Below, piece by piece: positions 1 through 9,349 of a stretch of DNA of 64,000 bases. Under the pieces are notes generated by a model, which searched no databases, was not told where the DNA came from, and saw only the letters and a list, made by a program, of their open reading frames with translations. The first letter of the stretch is position 1. Each line of letters begins with the position of its first letter. Source of the stretch: Terriglobia bacterium (GTDB lineage: Bacteria; Acidobacteriota; Polarisedimenticolia; Polarisedimenticolales; JAIQFR01); the NCBI GenBank assembly GCA_963748015.1, contig CAVVHE010000004.1:1024001-1088000 (forward strand), in the 5' to 3' direction. The translations under genes were made by a program, and so were the position numbers.

Positions 1-811
1 CGGCCACCAGGTAGAGCGTCGCGCGGGGGGAGGCGCCGTACTGCACCAGCCCCTCGAGGTCGAGCTTGAAGTCCTTCGGCCGCCGCGTCGCCTGCACCAG
101 GCGCACGGCGTAGTCCTTGATCCGGTCGTCGACGTAGATCGAGTACATCGCCTCGCGGGCCCGCTCGAGATCCGCGAGCTCGACCACGGCGCTCGCGACG
201 GGCTCCCGGGCGCCGCTCATCCGGTCGAGGATCTGCCGTTCCTCCTCGATCGACGGGTAGTCCACCTTCAGCTTCAGCATGAAGCGGTCCACCTGCGCCT
301 CGGGAAGCGGATAGGTACCCTCCTGCTCGATCGGGTTCTGCGTCGCGAGCACGAGGAAGGGGGACGGCAGGGCGAACGTCGTATCGCCGAGGGTCACCTG
401 CCGCTCCTGCATCGCCTCGAGCAGCGCCGACTGGACCTTGGCGGGAGCGCGGTTGACCTCGTCGGCCAGGACGAAGTTGGCGAACAGCGGTCCCTTGCGG
501 GGCACGAACGTGCCGTCCTTCTGGTGGAACACCAGCGTGCCGGTGAGATCGGCGGGAAGCAGGTCCGGCGTGAACTGGATCCTCTGGAACGATCCTCGAA
601 CGGCCGAGGCCAGGGTACGCACCGCGAGGGTCTTGGCCAGCCCCGGCACTCCTTCGAGAAGCAGATGCCCCTTGGCCAGAAGGCCGATGACCATCCGGTC
701 GAGCAGGTAACGCTGCCCCACGATGACCTTGCGGACCTCCGTGAGGAGCTGCTCCACCACGACCGCCTCGCGTTGCACGCGCTCCTGGATCGCCTGAACC
801 TCCTCGTGCAT
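1..811 (-). CDS. MoxR-family AAA+ ATPase (3' end outside window)
   Basis: Translated by hand from ATG at 811: MHEEVQAIQ...LLEGVPGLAKT...RIQFTPDLLPADLTG...LADEVNRAPAKVQSALLEAMQERQVT...ATQNPIEQEGTYPLPEAQVDRF, which are MoxR signature motifs. GGAGG upstream. Not in the ORF track because it runs off the edge. Confidence 0.93.
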   Translation of the reverse strand, partial: MHEEVQAIQERVQREAVVVEQLLTEVRKVIVGQRYLLDRMVIGLLAKGHLLLEGVPGLAKTLAVRTLASAVRGSFQRIQFTPDLLPADLTGTLVFHQKDGTFVPRKGPLFANFVLADEVNRAPAKVQSALLEAMQERQVTLGDTTFALPSPFLVLATQNPIEQEGTYPLPEAQVDRFMLKLKVDYPSIEEERQILDRMSGAREPVASAVVELADLERAREAMYSIYVDDRIKDYAVRLVQATRRPKDFKLDLEGLVQYGASPRATLYLVA

Positions 812-1033
812 CCCGTCCCTCCTGACCGCGCCGCCGGGCCAACTACCCAGCTTTACTTGTTGCCATTAAACGACTTAACAAGACTGCGCATTCTAAGGCA
901 CGAGCATCGGACTGTCAAATGAAGCGAAGCCCGGGCACCCTTCCGCGGCGGGACCGACCCGCCCGCCGCGAACCCTGCAAAGGCCTCCGCAGGAACCTAT
1001 ATTCCCCGGGGCGCGCGCCCCGGACGAAGCCAC

Positions 1034-2272
1034 TTGAAGAAGAAGCTCGCGGCATCCTTCCTGCTCGTGACCTGCCTCTGCACCGTCGCGGGGGTGCTGG
1101 GACCCGTGTTCCAGAACGATCCGCTCTGGGGACCGGCGCTCGTCGTCAGCCTCGACCTCGCGATCGGACTCGGAGCGGCGTGGATGGTCTCCCGCCTGCT
1201 CACCCGGAGGCTGAGGGGGCTCGCGTCGGCCGCGACGATCATCAGCCGCGGCGACCTCACTCGCGCCATCGACGTGAGCGGCGGCGACGAGACCGCGGAG
1301 CTCGCCCGCTCCTTCTCGAGCATGGTGGACAGCCTGCTCAACGTCGTTCTCGAGGCGCAGTCCACGGCGGAGCGCATCCACGGCGCGGCGGTCGAGCTCT
1401 CCACGTCGTCGGAGAGGATGAACGCGGCCACCGAGGAGATCGCCGACGCCGCGCGCGATATCGCCCGCGGGGCCGAAGAGCAGGCCGCGCAGGTCGCCCG
1501 GACCACGGCCACGACGCGAGAGCTGCGCCAGATGGTGGAGCACGTCGCGACCAGCGCGCGCGAGGCCGACTCCGCCGCCGCCGGTGCCGCCCGCAAGGCC
1601 GAGGACGGGGCCGCGGACGCGCGCCGGGTCGCGGGCGGGATCGCCGCTCTCTCCGAGAAGACCGCCGCGGCCGCGGCCAACGTCGAGGGATTCCGCCAGC
1701 AGGCGGACGAGATCGGGAAGATCGTCGCGTTCATCGGCTCGCTCTCGCAGCAGACGCACATCCTCGCCATCAACGCCGCGATCGAGGCGGCGCGGGCGGG
1801 CGAGGAGGGACGGGGATTCGCGGTGGTCGCCGACGAGGTCCGGCGCCTCTCGGAGAGCGTCTGCGGGTTCGCCGAGCAGATCTCGGCCTTGAACGAAGTG
1901 ATCCTCAAGGGCTCGCAGGAGGTGGCGCGCGACATCCGCGAGAGCGTGGCCGCGGCCGACGACGCCCGCCGCGTCGTCGCCAGCACGCTGACGTCGTTCG
2001 AGCAGATCCTCGAGGCGACCCGCGGAACGGCCCGCCTCGCGGAGGAGATCTCGAAGCAGGCCGGGATGCAGCGGGGGGCCGCGGAGACGGTCGTCGAATC
2101 GCTCGAGCGGATCTCGAGCATCGCGCACCGCAACGCCGCGGGAACCGTCGAGGCCTCGACCGCGACGACCCAGCAGAACGTCTCGATGGAGCAGATGGCC
2201 GCCTCCGCCGTCGCGCTCGCGCGGGCGTCGGACCAGCTCCGCGACACGATCGCGATCTTCAAGGTGAGATGA
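1034..2272 (+). CDS. Methyl-accepting chemotaxis protein (2 TM, HAMP, signalling domain)
   Basis: HAMP-like ISRGDLT...[10 protein letters not shown] and the MCP tip [33 protein letters not shown]. Confidence 0.92.
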   Translation: MKKKLAASFLLVTCLCTVAGVLGPVFQNDPLWGPALVVSLDLAIGLGAAWMVSRLLTRRLRGLASAATIISRGDLTRAIDVSGGDETAELARSFSSMVDSLLNVVLEAQSTAERIHGAAVELSTSSERMNAATEEIADAARDIARGAEEQAAQVARTTATTRELRQMVEHVATSAREADSAAAGAARKAEDGAADARRVAGGIAALSEKTAAAAANVEGFRQQADEIGKIVAFIGSLSQQTHILAINAAIEAARAGEEGRGFAVVADEVRRLSESVCGFAEQISALNEVILKGSQEVARDIRESVAAADDARRVVASTLTSFEQILEATRGTARLAEEISKQAGMQRGAAETVVESLERISSIAHRNAAGTVEASTATTQQNVSMEQMAASAVALARASDQLRDTIAIFKVR

Positions 2273-2736
2273 AGGACACCGTGCGACCGGCCTCCGACTC
2301 CTCGGCCGCGGCTCCCGCCGCGAGAAGGGAGAGCTCGGGAACGGCCCCCCTGCTGGTCGTGCGCCTCGGCGCCGGGCGCTACGCCCTGCCGCTGGCCAGC
2401 GTCTCCGACGTGGCCCGGTGCGGCCCGCTCCGGCCGGTCCCCGGCGCCCCGGTGTGCGTGCTGGGCTTGGCGGAGCGCCACGGGCGCGTCGTGACCGTGC
2501 TCGATCTCGCGAGGCTCGTCGGCGAAGCTCCCGTCGCGGGCGACCGCTGCCTCCTCCGGCTCGCCCGCCCCCTCGACCACCTCGCCCTCGCCGTGCCCTC
2601 GGCCCCGCGTCACGTGACCCTTACCGCGGGCGCGCCGCGGGAAGGCGTCCCGGACCGGGCGCCCGTCCTCCTCGATCCCGAGCGCCTCCTGGCCAAGGCG
2701 GAGTCGGGAATGCCCGGCGCTCCGCGCACGCGGTGA
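2269..2736 (+). CDS. cheW: CheW-like coupling protein
   Basis: ATG overlaps the MCP stop (ATGA). Contains [11 protein letters not shown]...[25 protein letters not shown]...LLDPERLL. Confidence 0.85.
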   Translation: MKDTVRPASDSSAAAPAARRESSGTAPLLVVRLGAGRYALPLASVSDVARCGPLRPVPGAPVCVLGLAERHGRVVTVLDLARLVGEAPVAGDRCLLRLARPLDHLALAVPSAPRHVTLTAGAPREGVPDRAPVLLDPERLLAKAESGMPGAPRTR

Positions 2737-4586
2737 GCGCCGTGGACCTCTCGAAGTACCTCGGACTGTTCGTGGCGGAGGCGCGCGAGCACCTGGCCGC
2801 GGCCCATCGCATCGCCGCGGAACCCGAGAGTCCTCTCGCCCGCGCCGACTCGGTGCGCGACCTGCTTCGCCACGCCCACTCGTTGAAAGGCATGGCGGCC
2901 TCGATGGGTTACGGCTCGATGGCCACGCTCGCCCACCGCCTCGAGGATCTCCTCGACGCGCACCGCGGAGGGACCTCGCTGCCGTCGGACGGGCACGCGG
3001 CGCTCGTCCTCGACGCCCTGAGCGCCCTCGAGCGGATGGTGGCCCTCGCCGAGCGGCAAGCCCCCGTGGAGGACGCCGACGCCCCCGGCATCGTCTCCCG
3101 TCTCGCGGAGGCGAGCGCGCCCGGAGCCGGCGGGCCGCAGGGCGAGCGGCCGCCGTCCCCCGACACTCCCGCAACGCGGAACCTGCGGATCTCGGTCGTC
3201 CTCTCCCCTACCGCCGCGTCTCCTCCGGTCCAGGCGGCGATGATCCTGGGCCAGCTCGGAGGACTCGGGCGCGTCGTCCAGAGCGATCCCCCTCCGGCCG
3301 CGCTCCGGATGGGCCGCCTCGACGGCCGTCTCGTGGTGCTCCTCGAGACCGAGCGGCCCGCGGCGGACGTGGAGAGCGAGCTGCGCTCCAACCCGGCGGT
3401 GGCGTCCTTCGGCGTCGAGCCCCTCGCGCCCGAAGATGCCCCGCAGGGCAGGCCCGCGTGCCCCGCGTCATGGATCCGCGTGCGCGCGGACGTCCTAGAC
3501 GCCGTGCTCGAGCGCGTGCTCGACCTGATGTTCGAGCAGGGTCGGCTCGCGGCACCCCTTCGCGACTCGCGCGACCGCGAGGCCGCGGCGCAGATGGAGC
3601 GATGCCGCGCGCTCCTTCGCGCGGTCCACGCCGACGTGATGGAGATGAGGCTGATCGCCTTCGATTCGGTCGCGCACCGCCTCTCGCGCGCCGTGCACGA
3701 CCTCGCCAGGCGGCTCGGCAAGCCGGTTCGCTTCGACATCGCGGGGCGCGACGTCAGGTTGGACCGCTCGATGCTCGAGGCGCTCGTGGACCCGCTCCTG
3801 CACATGGTCCGGAACGCGGTCGACCACGGCATCGAGGCGCCGGAAGCGCGGAGGGCCTCCGGGAAGGACGAGGCCGGAGCGATCTCGCTCTCCGTCGAGC
3901 GCCGCGCCGACCGCATCCTGATCACGCTCGAGGACGACGGGCGGGGCCTCGACCCCGGAACGCTTCGCCTCGCGGCCGTGGAGCGCGGAATCCTCGGCCC
4001 GTCGGAGGCCGCGCGCCTCGGCGAGGCGGAGTCCCTCATGCTGGCGACGCTCCCCGGGTTCTCGACCGCGGCGGCCGTCACCGACGTGTCCGGGCGGGGG
4101 GTCGGCCTCGACGCGGCCCGCGCGGGGATCGAGTCGCTCGGCGGCCGTCTCGAGATCCGGTCCGCCCCCGGCCGCGGCGCCTCCATGAGGATCCTGCTCC
4201 CGATGACCCTGGCGATGATCCAGACGATCCTGGTCCGGTCGCGAGGGCATCTCTTCGCCATCCCTGCCTCCGCCGTCGAGCGGATGCTTCCCTCCGGAGA
4301 GGCCCTCGTCTCGAGCGACGGCACGGCGCGGGCGCCGGTCCGGCTGGACGAGCGTCTCGGGATCGACGCCGGAGAGCCGCGCGCCGGCCGCGCGAGTGCT
4401 TTGCTCGTCTGCCCCGTGGGAGAGAGCCGCAGGGCCCTGCAGGTGGACGAAGTGCTCGGGCAGAGGGACGTGCTCGTGAAGCCGCTGCTGCGGCCGGTGA
4501 GCCTCCTTCCCGAGTATTCCGGCGCGGCCCTGCTCGAAGACGGTTCGGTGGTGCTCGTGCTGGACCCGGCGGCCCTGCTGGGCTAG
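2733..4586 (+). CDS. cheA: CheA histidine kinase
   Basis: GTG overlaps the cheW stop. HPt RHAHSLKGMA, then PLLHMVRNAVDHGIE, DDGRG, GFSTA...DVSGRGVGLD and a C-terminal CheW-like domain. Confidence 0.93.
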   Translation: MSAVDLSKYLGLFVAEAREHLAAAHRIAAEPESPLARADSVRDLLRHAHSLKGMAASMGYGSMATLAHRLEDLLDAHRGGTSLPSDGHAALVLDALSALERMVALAERQAPVEDADAPGIVSRLAEASAPGAGGPQGERPPSPDTPATRNLRISVVLSPTAASPPVQAAMILGQLGGLGRVVQSDPPPAALRMGRLDGRLVVLLETERPAADVESELRSNPAVASFGVEPLAPEDAPQGRPACPASWIRVRADVLDAVLERVLDLMFEQGRLAAPLRDSRDREAAAQMERCRALLRAVHADVMEMRLIAFDSVAHRLSRAVHDLARRLGKPVRFDIAGRDVRLDRSMLEALVDPLLHMVRNAVDHGIEAPEARRASGKDEAGAISLSVERRADRILITLEDDGRGLDPGTLRLAAVERGILGPSEAARLGEAESLMLATLPGFSTAAAVTDVSGRGVGLDAARAGIESLGGRLEIRSAPGRGASMRILLPMTLAMIQTILVRSRGHLFAIPASAVERMLPSGEALVSSDGTARAPVRLDERLGIDAGEPRAGRASALLVCPVGESRRALQVDEVLGQRDVLVKPLLRPVSLLPEYSGAALLEDGSVVLVLDPAALLG

Positions 4587-4915
4587 GCGAGGTGCTTCTC
4601 GATCAGGCGGCGGATCTGCTCCTTCGGCACGGCGCCGATCATCTGGTCCACGACGCGGCCGTCCTTGAACACCACCAGCGTCGGGATGCTCCGGATGCCG
4701 AACCGGTTCGACAGGTCGCCGCTCTCGTCCACGTTCACCTTGGCGATCACCGCGCGGCCTCCCATCTCGGAGGCCAGCTGCTCGAGCGAAGGGGCGATCG
4801 CCTTGCACGGCCCGCACCAGGCCGCCCAGAAATCCACGAGCACGGGACCGCGGAGCTTCTTGATCTCCTCGTCGAAGTTGTCGTCGTTCAGGTGTACGAT
4901 CGGATCGTTGGACAT
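4583..4915 (-). CDS. trxA: Thioredoxin
   Basis: VDFWAAWCGPCK active site, 110 aa, GGAGGAG RBS before MSNDP. Confidence 0.96.
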   Translation of the reverse strand: MSNDPIVHLNDDNFDEEIKKLRGPVLVDFWAAWCGPCKAIAPSLEQLASEMGGRAVIAKVNVDESGDLSNRFGIRSIPTLVVFKDGRVVDQMIGAVPKEQIRRLIEKHLA

Positions 4916-4969
4916 CGCTCCTCCGGGAACCGCTCGTGCGGGATTCAACGGGATCGGCGTCAATATAGC

Positions 4970-5833
4970 ATGCGCGATTCACGCTCCTCGACCTCCGGTC
5001 CACCCCGCGCGCGGCGCCGCTTCGGGCAGCATTTCCTGGCGGACGCGCGCGCCGCGGCCCGCATCGCCGGGGCGGCCGGCGCCTCGCCCCGCGAACCGGT
5101 TCTCGAGATCGGTCCCGGGCGCGGAGCGCTGACCGAGCCTCTCGTTCGGGCCGCGGGACGGATCGCCGCGGTCGAGCTCGACCGCGACCTCGCCGCGTGG
5201 CTCCGCGAGCGCTACCCGCAGGAGCGGCTCGTGCTCTTCGAGCGCGACGTGCTCGACTTCGACATGGGCGAGGTCGCTCAGGCACTCGGGTTCCCCCCCG
5301 GCACGCCCCTCGTCGTCGCCGGGAACCTCCCGTACAACATCTCGAAGCCGGTGGCCGCGATGCTCGTCCGGGACCGCCGCGAGGTCACTCGCGCGGTCCT
5401 GATGTTCCAGCGAGAGGTCGCCGATCGGCTCACCGCGTCTCCCGGCACGCGGGCGTACGGCCCGCTCACCGTGCTCGTCGGCCGGGCCTACCGCGTGTCG
5501 AGGCTCTTCGACCTTCCGCCCTCCGCTTTCCGTCCCCGCCCGGAGGTCACCTCGACGGTCACGTCGTGGGAGCGTCTTCCTCCGCAGCACCTCGTCGAAG
5601 CCTTGGAGCCCGCGCTTCGCGCCTGCCTCGCGGCCTGCTTCGCCCGGCGCCGCCAGACGCTCCTGAACAACCTCCGGGCCGCGCTGCCGGGGGGAGCCGA
5701 GGAGGCCAGGGCGCTCCTCGGCCGCGCGGGGCTCGACCCCGGCGCGCGGGCCGAGACCGTGCCTCCCGAGGCGTTCCTCGTCCTCGCGGAGAGCTGGCCC
5801 TGTATACTCCCCGGCCACGGAAGCCGACGGTGA
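4970..5833 (+). CDS. rsmA: 16S rRNA m6,2A dimethyltransferase (KsgA)
   Basis: FGQHFL, VLEIGPGRGALT, AGNLPYNIS, MFQREVADRL, FRPRPEVTS. Confidence 0.94.
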   Translation: MRDSRSSTSGPPRARRRFGQHFLADARAAARIAGAAGASPREPVLEIGPGRGALTEPLVRAAGRIAAVELDRDLAAWLRERYPQERLVLFERDVLDFDMGEVAQALGFPPGTPLVVAGNLPYNISKPVAAMLVRDRREVTRAVLMFQREVADRLTASPGTRAYGPLTVLVGRAYRVSRLFDLPPSAFRPRPEVTSTVTSWERLPPQHLVEALEPALRACLAACFARRRQTLLNNLRAALPGGAEEARALLGRAGLDPGARAETVPPEAFLVLAESWPCILPGHGSRR

Positions 5834-7596
5834 GCCGATTCCCGAAGAACGAACCCGCGATGCGACGAGCGCCGGCCGCATGGCGTCTGCCGGCGCTGGC
5901 ACTCGCCGCGGTCGCGATCGCGTCCGTGATCCCCTACCTCCCGGTGGCGAGCGGCGGGTTCGTCCAGGACGACCACTCGATCGTCGAGCAGAACCCGGTG
6001 GTGCGCCACGGGGGGATCGCGGCGATCTTCGGCACGGACTACTGGAGCGGCGGAGCGCCCGGCGGGGCGTCGGGACTCTATCGCCCGGTGACGATCCTGA
6101 GCTTCGCGATCGAGCGCGGCGCCGACGGCGGCGTGGATCCCGCCGGCGCCCATCGCGCCAACATCTTCCTGCACGCGCTGACCTCGCTCCTGCTCGTGCT
6201 GCTCGCCCGACGCGTGGGAGCCTCGTGGCCCGCCGCGACGGCCGCGGGGCTCCTCTTCGCGGTGCATCCGGTACACGCGGGTGCCGTGTCCGGTCTGGTC
6301 GGCCGCGCCGAAGTCCTTGCCGCGCTGTTCACGCTGGGAGCGCTCCTGGCCCACACCGCGGCGGGGCCATGGCGGGGCGCGCGCCGTCCCGGCCTCGAGC
6401 TCGCGGCCCCGTGGATCTCCGCCCTCCTGGTCTTCCTGGCGCTCGGATCGAAGGAGACGGCGATCGCCGCCCCCTTCCTGATGCTCGCCATGGATGCCCT
6501 GTTCCGTCCACCGGAGCGGGGCCTCGCCGTTTCGTGGTGGCGCGCCCGCATCCAGGCACTCGTCCCGACCGCCGTCGCGGTCGTCTCGTTCGTCGCGCTT
6601 CGAGGGCGCGTGCTCGGGAGCGTTCTCGCGGTGCAGAAGCCGATGCAGTCCGACAACCCCCTCGTGGTGCTCGACGGCGCGGAGCGCCTCGGCACCGCGT
6701 TCGGGCTCGCCGCGCGCGCCGCGGGGCTGCTGGCGTATCCGGCCCGGCTCACCCCCGACTATTCCGGTACCACGATCCCGAAGGAGTCCGGTCCCTGGGC
6801 ACCGCTCTCGGTCGCGGGGATCCTCTTCCTCGCGGCGCTGGCGGCGATCGCGCTCGTCCCCCTGTGGTCCCGCGCGACGCGAGCGCTGTCCTCCCCCGTC
6901 CTCGGCCCCTCGCTGCGCCGGGCGGCGTTCGCGGCGACCCTGTTCCTCTTGCCGTACCTCGTGGTCGGCAACCTCCTCGTGCCGATCGGCGTGATCTTCG
7001 CGGAGCGGCTCCTCTACCTCCCCTCGATCGGCTTCTGCCTGCTCGTGCCGAGCCTCGCCGAGAGCGCCCTGGCCGGCCGCCGCCCGCCGGGAGGACCGCT
7101 GCCGCTCCCGCTCGCAGCCGCGCTCGCCGCCCTTCTCGCCCTCGCCACGGTGGGCGGCGCAGTCCGGACCGCAGTGGCCAGCGCCGAGTGGCGCAGCGAC
7201 GAGCGGCTGTGGGAGGCGGCGGCCCGCTCGACCCCCGAGAGCCCGCGAGCCCAGTTCACCCTCGGGAAGATCCGTGCCGACCAGGGAAGGGACACCGAGG
7301 CCTACGACCTGTTCGACCGCGCCACGTCCCTCTGGCCCTACTTCTCGTCGGCGTGGTACGAGAAGGGATTGATCCTCGCCCGGCGCGGAGATCTCCCTCG
7401 CGCCGAAGAGGCGCTCCGGAAGGCCGCCGAGCAGAACCCTCGCTCGGACAGGTTCGCCGAGGCGCTCGGCAACCTCTTCTTCGACGCCGGGCGCTTCCGC
7501 GAGGCCGCGGACGCCTACCGGCGCGCGGTCGCGCTCGGCCGCCCGGATCTCGCCGCGCGCGAGCGCGAGGCGAGGGCGCGCTCCGCCGGCCCCTGA
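5830..7596 (+). CDS. TMTC-like GT-C membrane glycosyltransferase with C-terminal TPRs (copy 1)
   Basis: FVQDD, LYRP, HRANIFLH, LFAVHPVH...GRAE, SKE, AERLLYLP, followed by TPR helices. GTG overlaps the rsmA stop. Confidence 0.82.
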   Translation: MSRFPKNEPAMRRAPAAWRLPALALAAVAIASVIPYLPVASGGFVQDDHSIVEQNPVVRHGGIAAIFGTDYWSGGAPGGASGLYRPVTILSFAIERGADGGVDPAGAHRANIFLHALTSLLLVLLARRVGASWPAATAAGLLFAVHPVHAGAVSGLVGRAEVLAALFTLGALLAHTAAGPWRGARRPGLELAAPWISALLVFLALGSKETAIAAPFLMLAMDALFRPPERGLAVSWWRARIQALVPTAVAVVSFVALRGRVLGSVLAVQKPMQSDNPLVVLDGAERLGTAFGLAARAAGLLAYPARLTPDYSGTTIPKESGPWAPLSVAGILFLAALAAIALVPLWSRATRALSSPVLGPSLRRAAFAATLFLLPYLVVGNLLVPIGVIFAERLLYLPSIGFCLLVPSLAESALAGRRPPGGPLPLPLAAALAALLALATVGGAVRTAVASAEWRSDERLWEAAARSTPESPRAQFTLGKIRADQGRDTEAYDLFDRATSLWPYFSSAWYEKGLILARRGDLPRAEEALRKAAEQNPRSDRFAEALGNLFFDAGRFREAADAYRRAVALGRPDLAAREREARARSAGP

Positions 7597-7684
7597 GTAG
7601 CGGGGCCGGTTCCCCTCGGATTTCCCGCGCCGCGCTCTGGTATACTTTTTTTCCTCGCACGCCGTAGGAGAATCGGGAGTTCCG

Positions 7685-9346
7685 GTGCCATCCCCTGCAC
7701 GCCTCGAGATCATTCCGCTGGGCGGTCTCGGCGAGTTCGGCATGAACCTCATGCTGTACCGCCACGGGAACGACTGCATCGTGGTGGACGCCGGCATGAT
7801 GTTCCCGGGCGCCGAGCACCTCGGCGTGGACGTCGTGATCCCGAACATGTCGTTCCTCGACGGCTGCGGAACGATCCACGGGGTCGTGCTCACGCACGGC
7901 CACGAGGACCACACCGGCGCGCTGCCCTACCTGCTCGCGCGGAGGGAGGTCCCGGTCCACGGCGCGCCGTTCACCCTCGGCCTCGTCAAGGGAAGGCTCT
8001 CCGAGCACGACCTCGCGGTCCGGGGACTCCTGCGCCCCCTTCCCCTCGACGGCACGCCGCTCGCGCTCGGACCGTTCACGGTCCAGCCGCTTCCGGTCGC
8101 CCACTCGATCCCGCAGGCGGCGATGCTCGTGCTTCGCACGCCGGTGGGAACCGTCGTGCACACGGCCGACTTCAAGCTCGACCCCACGCCCCTCGACGGG
8201 GTCGGCGTGGACCTCTCGGTTCTCGCCCGGCTCGGAAGCGAGGGAGTCCTCGCCCTCCTCTCCGACAGCACCAACGCCGACCGGCCCGGCTTCACCCCCG
8301 GCGAGCGCTCGGTGATCCCCGCCCTCGACTCCCTGATCGCGTCGGCGACGAACCGCGTCTTCGTCACCTCGTTCGCCAGCAACGTCCAGAGGATGCAGCA
8401 GGTGGCCGGGCTCGCCGCGCGCCACCGCCGCAAGGTGGCGCTCGTCGGGGCCTCCATGCTCTCCCATTCGGAGGTCGCCGAGCGCCTCGGCCTCCTCCGC
8501 TTCCCCGCGGGGCTTCGCGTGGACCCGGGGACCGCGATGGACCTCCCCCGCGACCGCGCGCTGATCCTCGTCACCGGCTCGCAGGGCGAGCCGATGTCGG
8601 CGCTCGCCCGCATCGCCGTGGACGAGCACCGCGACGCCCGCATCGAGGAAGGCGACCTGGTCATTCACTCGGCGCGGACGATTCCGGGAAACGAGAAGAC
8701 CATCGGGCGGATGATCAACCACCTCCTCCGGCGCGGCGCCGAGGTCGTCACCCAGGCGGACGCCCCGGTGCACGTGTCGGGGCATCCCGCCCGCGAGGAG
8801 CTGAAGCTCCTCCTCCGGCTCCTCCGCCCGAAATTCCTGATTCCCATCCACGGCGAGTACCGACAGCTCAGGGAGCACGCCCGCATCGGCCGGGAGGCCG
8901 GTCTCGCCGCCGACGCCGTCGTCCTGGCGGACTCCGGCGACGTGATCGCGCTGACGGAGAGCGCGTGCTCCGTCGAGGACCGCGTCCCCGTCGGGCAGGT
9001 CTTCATCGACGACGCGCTCGAGGTCGTCGACATCTCGGTGCTGCGCGACCGGCGCCGGATCGCCGGCGACGGCATCGTGCTCACCGTCATCGCGGTGGAC
9101 CGGAGGACCGGGATCGCGAGCTTCTCCCCCGAGATCGTCAGCCGCGGCTTCCTCCCGGAGGACGGCGACGACGCCGTGCTGCAGGAGGCGCGCCGCGTGG
9201 TGAGCCAGTCGCTCGCCGACGCCACGCCGGAGGAGCGCTCCGACGAGGGGCTCCTCAAGGCGCGGATCGCCACGGACCTCAAACGGTTCTTGAGACGCCG
9301 CACCCAGCGCCGGCCGTTGATCGTGCCGGTGCTGGTGGAGATGTAG
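7685..9346 (+). CDS. rnj: Ribonuclease J
   Basis: IIPLGGLGEFGMN, THGHEDHTG, HTADFK, TGSQGEPMSAL, HVSGH, PIHGEY. Confidence 0.95.
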   Translation: MPSPARLEIIPLGGLGEFGMNLMLYRHGNDCIVVDAGMMFPGAEHLGVDVVIPNMSFLDGCGTIHGVVLTHGHEDHTGALPYLLARREVPVHGAPFTLGLVKGRLSEHDLAVRGLLRPLPLDGTPLALGPFTVQPLPVAHSIPQAAMLVLRTPVGTVVHTADFKLDPTPLDGVGVDLSVLARLGSEGVLALLSDSTNADRPGFTPGERSVIPALDSLIASATNRVFVTSFASNVQRMQQVAGLAARHRRKVALVGASMLSHSEVAERLGLLRFPAGLRVDPGTAMDLPRDRALILVTGSQGEPMSALARIAVDEHRDARIEEGDLVIHSARTIPGNEKTIGRMINHLLRRGAEVVTQADAPVHVSGHPAREELKLLLRLLRPKFLIPIHGEYRQLREHARIGREAGLAADAVVLADSGDVIALTESACSVEDRVPVGQVFIDDALEVVDISVLRDRRRIAGDGIVLTVIAVDRRTGIASFSPEIVSRGFLPEDGDDAVLQEARRVVSQSLADATPEERSDEGLLKARIATDLKRFLRRRTQRRPLIVPVLVEM

Positions 9347-9349
9347 ATC

